Positions 55,388-63,247 of a DNA stretch of 64,000 nt are shown piece by piece. A program made the position numbers and the translations under genes. Source of the DNA: a virus (Duplodnaviria; Caudoviricetes); IMG/VR virus record IMGVR_UViG_2861736478_000001, positions 1-64,000 of that record. One strand, given 5' to 3'. The stretch's first letter is position 1. The number at the start of each line of letters is the position of its first letter. The notes beneath the pieces are model-generated. The model saw nothing but the letters and a program-made list of their open reading frames with translations, was not told the origin of the DNA and searched no databases.

Positions 55388-55530
55388 GCACTCCGGACCA
55401 GGAGCCCAGGTCGATCGAGGACCGGTGGGCTGATGCCGAGAAGCCTGGCACGCTGATCGTGACAAGCGAGCCCGAGAAGACCATCGAGAACTGGATGGAC
55501 GACGAACCTTCTGCCGACAACGAGAAGTAG
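55384..55530 (+). CDS. 48-aa acidic protein coupled to the toxin-fusion gene (candidate immunity)
   Basis: ATGA overlap; GGAGG RBS; MSTPDQEPRSIEDRWADAEKPGTLIVTSEPEKTIENWMDDEPSADNEK. Confidence 0.55.
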   Translation: MSTPDQEPRSIEDRWADAEKPGTLIVTSEPEKTIENWMDDEPSADNEK

Positions 55531-55541
55531 AGTCCATCCCT

Positions 55542-55568
55542 GAAAGGCCCGCCCTGTGCGGGCCTTTC
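55542..55568 (+). terminator. Hairpin after toxin/immunity pair
   Basis: GAAAGGCCCGC-CCTGT-GCGGGCCTTTC. Confidence 0.65.
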
Positions 55569-55678
55569 GCATGTCCGCCGCCGGACGATCTGGCGGCCTC
55601 CTGCTCGCGCAGCACGCTGGACGGCGGCGAGCAGTCTCCCCCGATGCCGGACAGCCCGTAGGCCGGGCGCGGCTTCCC

Positions 55679-55696
55679 GCAAGCGGTTCCGCTTGC
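55679..55696. promoter_or_regulatory. Perfect GCAAGC-N6-GCTTGC site upstream of scaffold gene
   Basis: CCGCAAGC GGTTCC GCTTGCGG. Confidence 0.75.
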
Positions 55697-55774
55697 GGTA
55701 TTTCAGGCTGCCCGTTGGCCGGGCGGCGTGCGCAGCCCGTTGGCCGGGCGGCACTGACTGAACAAGGAGCACAG

Positions 55775-56494
55775 TTGGACCCCGACGAGAACGACAAGCC
55801 GCAGGACCCTCCCGCCCCGGAACCGGCGCCCGAGCCGACGCCCGAGCCCGCTCCCGCGCCGGACGACAAGGCCAAGCCCGACGCCCGCAAGATCGACGAC
55901 CTGCCCGCATGGGCCCAGGCGGAGCTGCGCCGCGCCCGCATGGAAGCGGTCAACGCCCGCAAGGCCGCCGAGGAGCAGAAGACCGAGCAGGGGCCGTCCC
56001 CCGAAGACCTGGTCGCTCAGGCGCAGAAGGACCTCGCCCAGCAGATCGGCAAGGCGCTCGGCCTCGTAGCCGAGGAGGAGAAGTCTCTCGACCCGCAGCA
56101 GGTGATCGAGAAGCTGACTGCCGAGAAGGACAGCACGGCCAAGGAACGGGACGCGGAGAAGGACCGGCATCGTCGCGCCTTGATCGAGCTGGCTGTGCAC
56201 CGGGCGAGCACACGGCTCGGCGCCGACCCTGACGCGCTGCTCGACTCGCGCTCGTTCCTGCGCAACGTGCGCGACATGGACCCGGACGGCGAGGGGTTCA
56301 GCGCCACGCTGACCGGGGCCATTCAGAAGGCCGTCGAGGACAACCCCAAGTTCAAGGCGGCCGGAACGTCCGGTCCGCCCGCCAAGAGCGGCGGCGAATT
56401 CACCGGCGGTCCCGGCGCGCGGGCCAGCGATCCCGAGCAGATGACCACCGACGACTTCCGCGCGTTCCGGCGCAACAAGAAGTCCTCTGACTAA
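55775..56494 (+). CDS. Capsid scaffolding protein
   Basis: TTG with AAGGAG RBS; PE/PA-rich N-terminus, DDLPAWAQAE, coiled coil, ALLDSRSF; precedes capsid. Confidence 0.85.
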   Translation: MDPDENDKPQDPPAPEPAPEPTPEPAPAPDDKAKPDARKIDDLPAWAQAELRRARMEAVNARKAAEEQKTEQGPSPEDLVAQAQKDLAQQIGKALGLVAEEEKSLDPQQVIEKLTAEKDSTAKERDAEKDRHRRALIELAVHRASTRLGADPDALLDSRSFLRNVRDMDPDGEGFSATLTGAIQKAVEDNPKFKAAGTSGPPAKSGGEFTGGPGARASDPEQMTTDDFRAFRRNKKSSD

Positions 56495-56497
56495 GCC

Positions 56498-56515
56498 GCA
56501 AGCGGTTCCGCTCGC
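56498..56515. promoter_or_regulatory. GCAAGC-N6 family site between scaffold and capsid genes
   Basis: AAGCCGCAAGC GGTTCC GCTCGCGGCTT. Confidence 0.65.
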
Positions 56516-56544
56516 GGCTTTCTTGATTTCTAGGAGGGGCATTC

Positions 56545-57480
56545 GTGCCTAACAACTTTCTGACGCCGAACGTGATCGCGCGAGCGGCGCTTGCCACCCT
56601 GTACGAGACCTGCGTCATGGCCCAGCTGGTCCACAGGGACTACGACGAGGACTTCGCGTCCAAGGTCGGCGACACCGTGAACGTGAGGAAGCCCGCGGTC
56701 TTCGAGGCCAAGGAGTTCTCCCGCGCGAACGGCATCGAGATCCAGAACGCCCAGGAAACGGGCATCCCGGTCACCCTGAACCACTTCGCAGACGTGTCCT
56801 TTGCCGTGACCGCCGAGGACCTGACCCTGCGGATCGAGGACTTCGGCGTCCAGCTGCTCAACCCGGCGATGGAGGCCATCAGCCAGAAGATCGACCGAGA
56901 CATCCTCGCCCTCCGCAACGACATCGTCCAGGAGGTCGGACGGACCGGCCAGCATGCCGCGAACCCGCCCGGTGCCAACGTCTTCGTCTACGACAACCCG
57001 CGCACCGCGATCGACGCTCGGCGTGTCCTGAACCAGCGCAACGTGCCGGCCGCTGACCGACACCTGGTCGTCGGCCCGGAGATCGAGGCCAAGTGGCTGG
57101 GTGACGAGCTGTTCCACCGCGCTGACGCCCGCGGCGACACGGACGGTCTCCGTGAGGCGTCGCTGGGTCGCAGGGTCTTCGGCTTCGACCCGTACCAGAC
57201 CCAGAACATCAAGGTTCCCGACCAGGTGACCGGCGCGTCCACGACCGAGGTCGGCGTCGCCTTCCACCGGACGGCTTTCGCGCTGGTCACCCGCCCGCTG
57301 GTGCTGCCGCAGGGCGCGGCCAATGCCGCAGTTGCCTCCTACAAGGGGTTCGGTCTGCGCGTGGTCATGGACTACGACATCGATCTCAAGCAGGACGTGG
57401 TCAGCATCGACTGCCTCTACGGCACGAAGACCATCGACCCCAACCGTGCGGTGCTCATCAAGGGCCCCAACGTCGCGTAG
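56545..57480 (+). CDS. Major capsid protein (P22 coat-like family)
   Basis: NNFLTP.VIAR.AL..L...V.RDYD.DF..KVGDTVNVRKP; AFH..AFALVTRPL; DCLYG. Confidence 0.92.
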   Translation: MPNNFLTPNVIARAALATLYETCVMAQLVHRDYDEDFASKVGDTVNVRKPAVFEAKEFSRANGIEIQNAQETGIPVTLNHFADVSFAVTAEDLTLRIEDFGVQLLNPAMEAISQKIDRDILALRNDIVQEVGRTGQHAANPPGANVFVYDNPRTAIDARRVLNQRNVPAADRHLVVGPEIEAKWLGDELFHRADARGDTDGLREASLGRRVFGFDPYQTQNIKVPDQVTGASTTEVGVAFHRTAFALVTRPLVLPQGAANAAVASYKGFGLRVVMDYDIDLKQDVVSIDCLYGTKTIDPNRAVLIKGPNVA

Positions 57481-57549
57481 TCAGCGCCCCCACGCGCACC
57501 TGTGCCTGCCCACCCGGCGGGCTTTTCGCATTTCTAAGGAGAAAACGCG

Positions 57550-57894
57550 ATGTCGTACAAGGCTCGGCTCACCGAGCGGGTCCTGACCCTGAAGACCCCT
57601 GCGGCTGGCACCCACGTCCTGTGGCGAGCGCCGGTCGCCTGCAAGGTGAAGGCGGTCCGCGCCTACCGGGTGGGCGGCACCGGAGCGACCGTCAACGCCA
57701 CGAAGAACGGCGGCAACCTGCTCGCTGCGCCCCTGTCGGCCGCCCCTGCGGCGACCTGGGTCTCGGCCAGCCCCACCGCGGCCGTGGGCAAGCTCGCCGC
57801 AGGCGACACGCTCGCTGCGGTGATCGTGACGGCGGACGGCAACCCGACCGACCTCACCATCCAGATCGACGTCGAGCTGGACGCCAACGGCTGA
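57550..57894 (+). CDS. Probable head decoration/structural protein
   Basis: Position after MCP; AAGGAG RBS; beta-rich. Confidence 0.6.
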   Translation: MSYKARLTERVLTLKTPAAGTHVLWRAPVACKVKAVRAYRVGGTGATVNATKNGGNLLAAPLSAAPAATWVSASPTAAVGKLAAGDTLAAVIVTADGNPTDLTIQIDVELDANG

Positions 57895-58190
57895 TGTTCG
57901 TCTACCGCAACTCCAGCACCGGCCAGGTGGTCGAGCTTCCCGAGCGGGATGTACGGCTCGACCACCTGGACGTGTGGCTACTGATCGCTGAACCCGCCCC
58001 CGAGGACCTCCCCGAGCAGGTCATCGAGCCTGCTCCGGAGCCCCGGCCCGAGCGGCCGTCCGAGAACGACACCAAGGCGGCCTGGGTCGCCTACGCGGTC
58101 GCCCGCGGCATGGCCGAGGGCGACGCCAAGTCCCTGTCCAAGGCCGCGCTCGTCGAGGAGTTCGGCCGCGACGACGAGGAGGATGACTGA
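57894..58190 (+). CDS. Small head-associated protein
   Basis: RPSEND.KAAWVAYAV...K..LVE motif; coupled. Confidence 0.6.
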   Translation: MFVYRNSSTGQVVELPERDVRLDHLDVWLLIAEPAPEDLPEQVIEPAPEPRPERPSENDTKAAWVAYAVARGMAEGDAKSLSKAALVEEFGRDDEEDD

Positions 58191-58537
58191 TGGCTCGCGC
58201 TGAGGCCACCATCACACCGCTGCCCCGCGCAGGTCTCGCGGTCGCCACGGCGCCGGCCAACCCGGCGGTCGTCGACGGCCTCATGGTCACCTGGTCGGAC
58301 AAGCGGATGATCCGCATCAAGAACACCGACGCCGCACCGAAGACCGTCACCCTGGTCATCCCCGGCGCGATCGACGGCCAGGAGATCCCTGACCGCGACT
58401 ACATCATCCCGGCCAGCACCGGGGACGTCCTGATCCCGCCGCTTCCCGCCGTCTACCGGCACCCCGACGGCAAGGTGTGGATCAACTTCTCCGCCATCAC
58501 CGGCGTCTCCGTCGCCGTCTACGAGCTCCCGGCCTGA
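58190..58537 (+). CDS. Small virion protein
   Basis: I.IKNTDAAPKTVT...PDR...IPA...IPP...Y...G.V; coupled. Confidence 0.65.
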   Translation: MARAEATITPLPRAGLAVATAPANPAVVDGLMVTWSDKRMIRIKNTDAAPKTVTLVIPGAIDGQEIPDRDYIIPASTGDVLIPPLPAVYRHPDGKVWINFSAITGVSVAVYELPA

Positions 58538-58540
58538 GCC

Positions 58541-58936
58541 GTGCTGGTGTACGCGACCGCGCAGGACTACGCGGACTACACCGGCCAGGACGCTCCGGAC
58601 GGGATCGAGCAGGCCCTCGCACGGGCGTCGGAACGCATCGACGAGCTGCTGATGGGCGCGGTCTACGCGGTCGACGCCAGCGAGATGCCCACGGATGTGA
58701 AGGTCCGGCAAGCGGTACGGCAGGCGACCTGCGCGCAAGCCGCCTGGTCGATCGCGGTCGGTGACCCGTACGGCGTGGCCAGCGCGTTCAAGTCCGTCTC
58801 GATCGGCTCGGTCAAGCTCGACCGAGCCAGCGGGGGAGCGGGCGACGGGCCGCCCCGGTACGCACAGGACGCGCTGTCGATCCTGCGCACTGCGGGCCTG
58901 CTGCCGGGCATCGTCATCGACGGCCCGCGCTGGTAG
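58541..58936 (+). CDS. Head-to-tail adaptor
   Basis: YATAQDY...LARASERIDELL...V..ATCAQ...SVSIGSV. Confidence 0.85.
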   Translation: MLVYATAQDYADYTGQDAPDGIEQALARASERIDELLMGAVYAVDASEMPTDVKVRQAVRQATCAQAAWSIAVGDPYGVASAFKSVSIGSVKLDRASGGAGDGPPRYAQDALSILRTAGLLPGIVIDGPRW

Positions 58937-58952
58937 AAGGGCGGGTGCTCAC

Positions 58953-59267
58953 GTGACGACCCTGCCTGGCTGGCTGCTGCGCCACACCGCTGTGATCAAG
59001 CCGTTCGAGGGCGACTCGGCTTACGGCCCCGTCTACGGCCCGCCCGTCACCGTGAAATGCCTGGCCGACGACGAACGCCGCATGGTCCGAGACGACAAGG
59101 GCCTCGAAGTCGTCTCAGAGATCACCATCTACATGCTGCCGGGCACCCGGTGCCCTTCCGGGTCCCAGGTCACGGTCAACGGCAGGACGACCACCGTCCT
59201 TGCCTCCTACACCCGTGACGGCGGCGGGCTCCCCACTCCGGATCACGTGGAGGTGGTGTGCCAATGA
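58953..59267 (+). CDS. Head-closure (stopper) protein
   Basis: LLRHTAVI.PFEG.SAYGP.YG...PDHVEV. Confidence 0.8.
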   Translation: MTTLPGWLLRHTAVIKPFEGDSAYGPVYGPPVTVKCLADDERRMVRDDKGLEVVSEITIYMLPGTRCPSGSQVTVNGRTTTVLASYTRDGGGLPTPDHVEVVCQ

Positions 59268-59617
59268 GCCGTGCCGAGTTCAACGCGGACGTCACCCCCC
59301 TGGAGCTGACTACCAAGGTCAACCGGGCCGCCGCACGCGGCCTCCGTCTGGGCGCCGAGCACGTGCTCCAGGTGTCGCGGACGCAGGTCCCGATCGACGA
59401 GGCCACGCTGGAGAGGTCCGGCGCGGCCACCGTTGATGAGTCGCAGCTGACGGCCGCGGTCTCCTATGAGACGCCTTACGCGGTGGTCCAGCACGAGGAC
59501 CTGGACCTCAAGCACGCATCAGGCCGCAAGGCCAAGTACCTGGAGGACCCTGCGCGGGACGAGGCCGACACGGTCCGGGCCCTGGTCGCGGCGCAGATCC
59601 GGCGGGCGCTGTCGTGA
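59264..59617 (+). CDS. HK97 gp10-like neck/minor capsid protein
   Basis: VPIDEATLERSG...YETPYAV.QHE...AKYLE. Confidence 0.8.
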   Translation: MSRAEFNADVTPLELTTKVNRAAARGLRLGAEHVLQVSRTQVPIDEATLERSGAATVDESQLTAAVSYETPYAVVQHEDLDLKHASGRKAKYLEDPARDEADTVRALVAAQIRRALS

Positions 59618-60060
59618 GTTTCACCCGAGACCTTCTCTCCGGGCTGGCCGTCCTGCTGGCCGACGCCGGAGCGGGCGACTGGAACCCGTCCGGCATCTAC
59701 AGCGACGAGCAGACCGCCATCACCATCGGCGGACTGCCCGCCAGCCCGGACATGGCTATCACGCTCACCGTGTACGGCACAGGCCGCGCCGGCGACGACC
59801 TGACCCAGTCCGACACGAACACCCAGATCCAGGTCCGCATCCGCGGCAAGGCAGATCCCCGCGTGGTCGACGACCTGGCCGACCTCGTGTTCGACGCACT
59901 GCACGGGCTGTCCAACCACACCTTGGACACTGGCGTGCACGTCCTGCTCGCGCAACGCCGCATCGTCGCGCCGATCGACCGGGACGCCAACGGGCGCTGG
60001 GGCCGAGCGGACTCCTACGAGCTGCTCGTCGACCGCCCGTCACCCCACCGCACCGAGTAA
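59614..60060 (+). CDS. Tail terminator protein
   Basis: LPASPD.AI.L..Y...QVRIRG..DP...D.NGR. Confidence 0.75.
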   Translation: MSFTRDLLSGLAVLLADAGAGDWNPSGIYSDEQTAITIGGLPASPDMAITLTVYGTGRAGDDLTQSDTNTQIQVRIRGKADPRVVDDLADLVFDALHGLSNHTLDTGVHVLLAQRRIVAPIDRDANGRWGRADSYELLVDRPSPHRTE

Positions 60061-60074
60061 CCCACACGAAAACC

Positions 60075-60092
60075 GCAAGCGAAAACGCATGC
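60075..60092. promoter_or_regulatory. GCAAGC-N6 family site upstream of major tail gene
   Basis: CCGCAAGC GAAAAC GCATGCGG. Confidence 0.65.
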
Positions 60093-60123
60093 GGGATCTC
60101 CGCATGCCTGAAGGAGCAAGCAC

Positions 60124-60594
60124 ATGGCGCTTCGCAGCCTCCTCGCCAAGGACTGGACGCTGGAGGTCAACACGTCCAGCACCGCCGTACCGGCTTGGAC
60201 CACGGTCAAGGGCCTGACCAAGCTCGAATTCACCCTCGACAGCGAGACCGAGGACGACAGCGACTTCGACAGCAACGGCTGGGCGTCCGAGGTCGTCACC
60301 CAGCGCAAGTGGGCGCTGGAGATCGAGGGGCGCCGCAAGCGCGACACCGGTTCGGCCTCCTTCGTGCCCGACCCCGGTCAGGAGTTCCTGCGCAAGGCCG
60401 GTCTCGTGGTCGGCATCAACGCCAACGTCGAAGTGCGTTGGTACCGCAAGGACGGCTCGCCGGACGCCTTCCAGGGCACTGCCGCCGTGCAGTACAAGGG
60501 GGCGGGCGGCGAGGTCACCGATCTGGAGCCGTTCGAGTGCGAGCTGACCGGCCAGGGCGAGCCCATCGAGATTGACAACCCGGCGGCGGCCTGA
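60124..60594 (+). CDS. Major tail protein
   Basis: LAKDWTLEVNT...D.SDFDS.GW...DPGQE.LR...L.GQG; AAGGAG RBS. Confidence 0.88.
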   Translation: MALRSLLAKDWTLEVNTSSTAVPAWTTVKGLTKLEFTLDSETEDDSDFDSNGWASEVVTQRKWALEIEGRRKRDTGSASFVPDPGQEFLRKAGLVVGINANVEVRWYRKDGSPDAFQGTAAVQYKGAGGEVTDLEPFECELTGQGEPIEIDNPAAA

Positions 60595-60599
60595 CCCCG

Positions 60600-60992
60600 A
60601 TGGCGAAGTTCACAGACCTCAACGAGTTCTTCAACGACGGCCTGGCGCTCCCGGTTGGCGGCAAGGTCTACCACGTGCCGCCCGCCTCCGCCGAGGTCGG
60701 CCTGTTCTGCCAGAAGCTGATGGCGGCCGGGATCAGCGCCGCCAACGGTCAGGAGATCGACGCCGCCGACCTCGACGACGACGGAGAGAAGGACCTGTAC
60801 AGGCGGGTCCTCGGCGACGTCTACGACGAGCTCATCGCCGATGGGGTGTCCTGGGCGAAGATCAAGCACTGCGGCGTCACGGCGTTCCTGTGGATCGCGA
60901 CCGACGAGGACACCGCGGCCAAGCACTGGCGGGCCGACCCGGAAGCGGAGGCCCCGAAGGCGAAGGCTCGGGCGGGCCGGTCGACCCGCTGA
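60600..60992 (+). CDS. Tail assembly chaperone
   Basis: Position between tail and tape measure; F.DL.EF...L.LPV.GK.Y..PP. Confidence 0.8.
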   Translation: MAKFTDLNEFFNDGLALPVGGKVYHVPPASAEVGLFCQKLMAAGISAANGQEIDAADLDDDGEKDLYRRVLGDVYDELIADGVSWAKIKHCGVTAFLWIATDEDTAAKHWRADPEAEAPKAKARAGRSTR

Positions 60993-61033
60993 CGGGGCTG
61001 CGCGAATGGTATGACGCAGACGACGGCCTGGCC

Positions 61034-61249
61034 GTGGACGGCACCGCCGTCTCCTGGGCCGACCTGCTGCAACGCTGGGCTCTCGTCGAGGCCGACCTCC
61101 ACTCCGAGTACGGCGTCGACGTCGACCAGCCCGGCCTTCTTCTCACCCGCACGTGGCGCTGGCTACGCGTGCGCATCCTGGGCCTGCTGTCCGCCGACAC
61201 GCGGACCGCCCGCTCTCTCACCCCCGAAGACCGTCACCACCGGAGGTGA
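61034..61249 (+). CDS. Tail assembly chaperone second segment (-1 frame extension or separate gene)
   Basis: W.DLL..W.LVEADLHSEYGVD...TWRWLRVRILGLLS; frame is -1 relative to 60600 ORF; start uncertain. Confidence 0.7.
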   Translation: MDGTAVSWADLLQRWALVEADLHSEYGVDVDQPGLLLTRTWRWLRVRILGLLSADTRTARSLTPEDRHHRR

Positions 61250-61252
61250 GCT

Positions 61253-63214
61253 GTGGCGTTGAACGTGGGCGAGCTGTACGCGACGCTCGAACTGAAGGAC
61301 CGCCTGACCGGTCCGCTGGGAAAGGCCACAGCAGGGATCAAGGTCAAGGCGACCGGCATCCACGCGGCGATGGTCATGGTCGGGATGGCCGCCGCGCGGA
61401 TGGCCGCCGCGGTCGCATCCGGCGCGTCGAGGGCCGGAGCCGCCTTCGTCTCGTCAGGCGCGAAGATGGCGGCGGCTGGCGCGAAGAGCGCCGGGCTGCT
61501 GGCGGGCGTCGGCGTGGCAGGCGTCGCTGTTGGTGGCGTTCTCGCTGGCGTTTTCGCTGGCATCACTGCCGGGATCGCGAAGATCGGCATCCAGGCGGCG
61601 ATGTCCGCGCCCGCGGTGAAGGCCGCCTTCGCGGACCTGAAGACGTCCGTGCAGGCCGATCTGGCGGACGCGGCGTCGGTGTTCCAGGGGCCGCTGATCG
61701 CCGCTGCTGGCCAGCTCAAGGGCATGTTCTCCAGCCAGATCGCGCCAGCGCTGGGGGACATGTTCAAGACGCTCGCGCCCTTGATCGGCCAGTTCACGAC
61801 CGGGCTGGGCGCCTTTCTCAAGCCCATGCTGCCCGCGATCCAGGGCGTGGTGGCAGCGGTCACGCCGATGCTGTCGGCCCTGGCCGGGTCCATGGGGATC
61901 TTCGGGTCGCAACTCGCTGGCTTTCTTGCTCCCATCTCGCAAGCGTTTTCGCAATCGAGTGGACTGCTGGCCACGCTGGTCACCGGTGTTGGTGGTCTGC
62001 TTCAGTCACTAGCGCCTTTGCTTGCGGCTCTTGTGGGGCTCGCTGCCCAGGTCGCAGGCCCGCTCATGAGCGGGCTGGCCACCGTCGGCCAGACCCTGTC
62101 CGCGCAGCTTGGGCCGGTCCTCATCCAGCTCGGCCCGCTGATCGGACAGCTGATCACGCAGTTCGCGCAGATCGCGGCAGCCGTGATCCCGCTGCTGCCG
62201 CCCTTTCTACAGCTGGCGGCCACGCTGGCGTCGGCGCTGATGCCGGTTCTGACCCAGATCGTCGGGGCGCTCGCCTCGGCTCTTCAGCCGATCCTCGTGG
62301 CGCTCCAGCCCGTGCTGGCTGCTCTGGCAGAGGTCTTCGGGGCCGTCATCACGGCCCTGCTGCCGATCTTGCCGCCGATCTCTCAGCTGATCACCGCGCT
62401 TCTCCCGGTCGTGGTCACGCTGGTCAAGGCGCTCACACCGATTCTGACCATGCTCGCCACGGTGTTCTCCAAGATCGTTGGAGCGATCACGCCGTTCATC
62501 GCACCACTGGTCCAGATCACGACCGCACTCCTACCGCCGCTGATCTCGCTGGTCCAGGCGGTCGTCAAGCTCTTTCAGGGAGACTTCAAGGGCGCGCTGA
62601 AGGTCGTTCAAGATGCCTTCTCGAACGCGGGCAAAGTCATCAAGGACGCCTTCCTCAAGATCATCGACATGGGGAAGAACCTGCTGAGCGGCCTGTGGGA
62701 GGGCATCAGCACCAAGGTCCAGTGGTTCCTGAACAAGATCGGCCAGTTCTTCGGCAACCTCCTGCCCGACTGGGTCAAGGACATCCTCGGCATCCACTCC
62801 CCGAGCCGCGTGTTCGCCGCCATCGGCTCGTTCACGATGCTTGGTTTCGCAGACGGGGTCACCGCCGAGCGGCCTGCCGTCCTTCGCGCCGCAGACCAGG
62901 CGACAAGGGGATTCGGAGCTGCCTTCCGCGCCGGGCTCAAACGCGAGGCCAGCGGCTTGGGCGACGCCATCAACGGCGCGACCCCGGGCAAGGTGGGCAT
63001 CATCCCGCCCGGAGTGAAATCAGCGCTCCGCGCGGGGGGCCGCCGGGCAGGGAAGATCCCCGCAGAGGCAACGCGCCGCGCGGTCTCCCCGAGCGGGAGC
63101 ACCGTCCCCGGGAGCGTGACGGTGAACGTCACCAACATCCACCCCCAGGCGGAACCCACCAGCCGCACAGTGAACCGAGGCTTGCAGTACGCCGCCACGC
63201 TCGGCCTCACCTGA
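61253..63214 (+). CDS. Tape measure protein 1 (653 aa)
   Basis: MALNVGELYATL; Ala/Leu/Pro-rich amphipathic repeats; LGIHSPSRVF hallmark; GGAGG RBS. Confidence 0.9.
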   Translation: MALNVGELYATLELKDRLTGPLGKATAGIKVKATGIHAAMVMVGMAAARMAAAVASGASRAGAAFVSSGAKMAAAGAKSAGLLAGVGVAGVAVGGVLAGVFAGITAGIAKIGIQAAMSAPAVKAAFADLKTSVQADLADAASVFQGPLIAAAGQLKGMFSSQIAPALGDMFKTLAPLIGQFTTGLGAFLKPMLPAIQGVVAAVTPMLSALAGSMGIFGSQLAGFLAPISQAFSQSSGLLATLVTGVGGLLQSLAPLLAALVGLAAQVAGPLMSGLATVGQTLSAQLGPVLIQLGPLIGQLITQFAQIAAAVIPLLPPFLQLAATLASALMPVLTQIVGALASALQPILVALQPVLAALAEVFGAVITALLPILPPISQLITALLPVVVTLVKALTPILTMLATVFSKIVGAITPFIAPLVQITTALLPPLISLVQAVVKLFQGDFKGALKVVQDAFSNAGKVIKDAFLKIIDMGKNLLSGLWEGISTKVQWFLNKIGQFFGNLLPDWVKDILGIHSPSRVFAAIGSFTMLGFADGVTAERPAVLRAADQATRGFGAAFRAGLKREASGLGDAINGATPGKVGIIPPGVKSALRAGGRRAGKIPAEATRRAVSPSGSTVPGSVTVNVTNIHPQAEPTSRTVNRGLQYAATLGLT

Positions 63215-63247
63215 TCCCACCACGCCAGCCCGGACGGGAGGTGCGAG

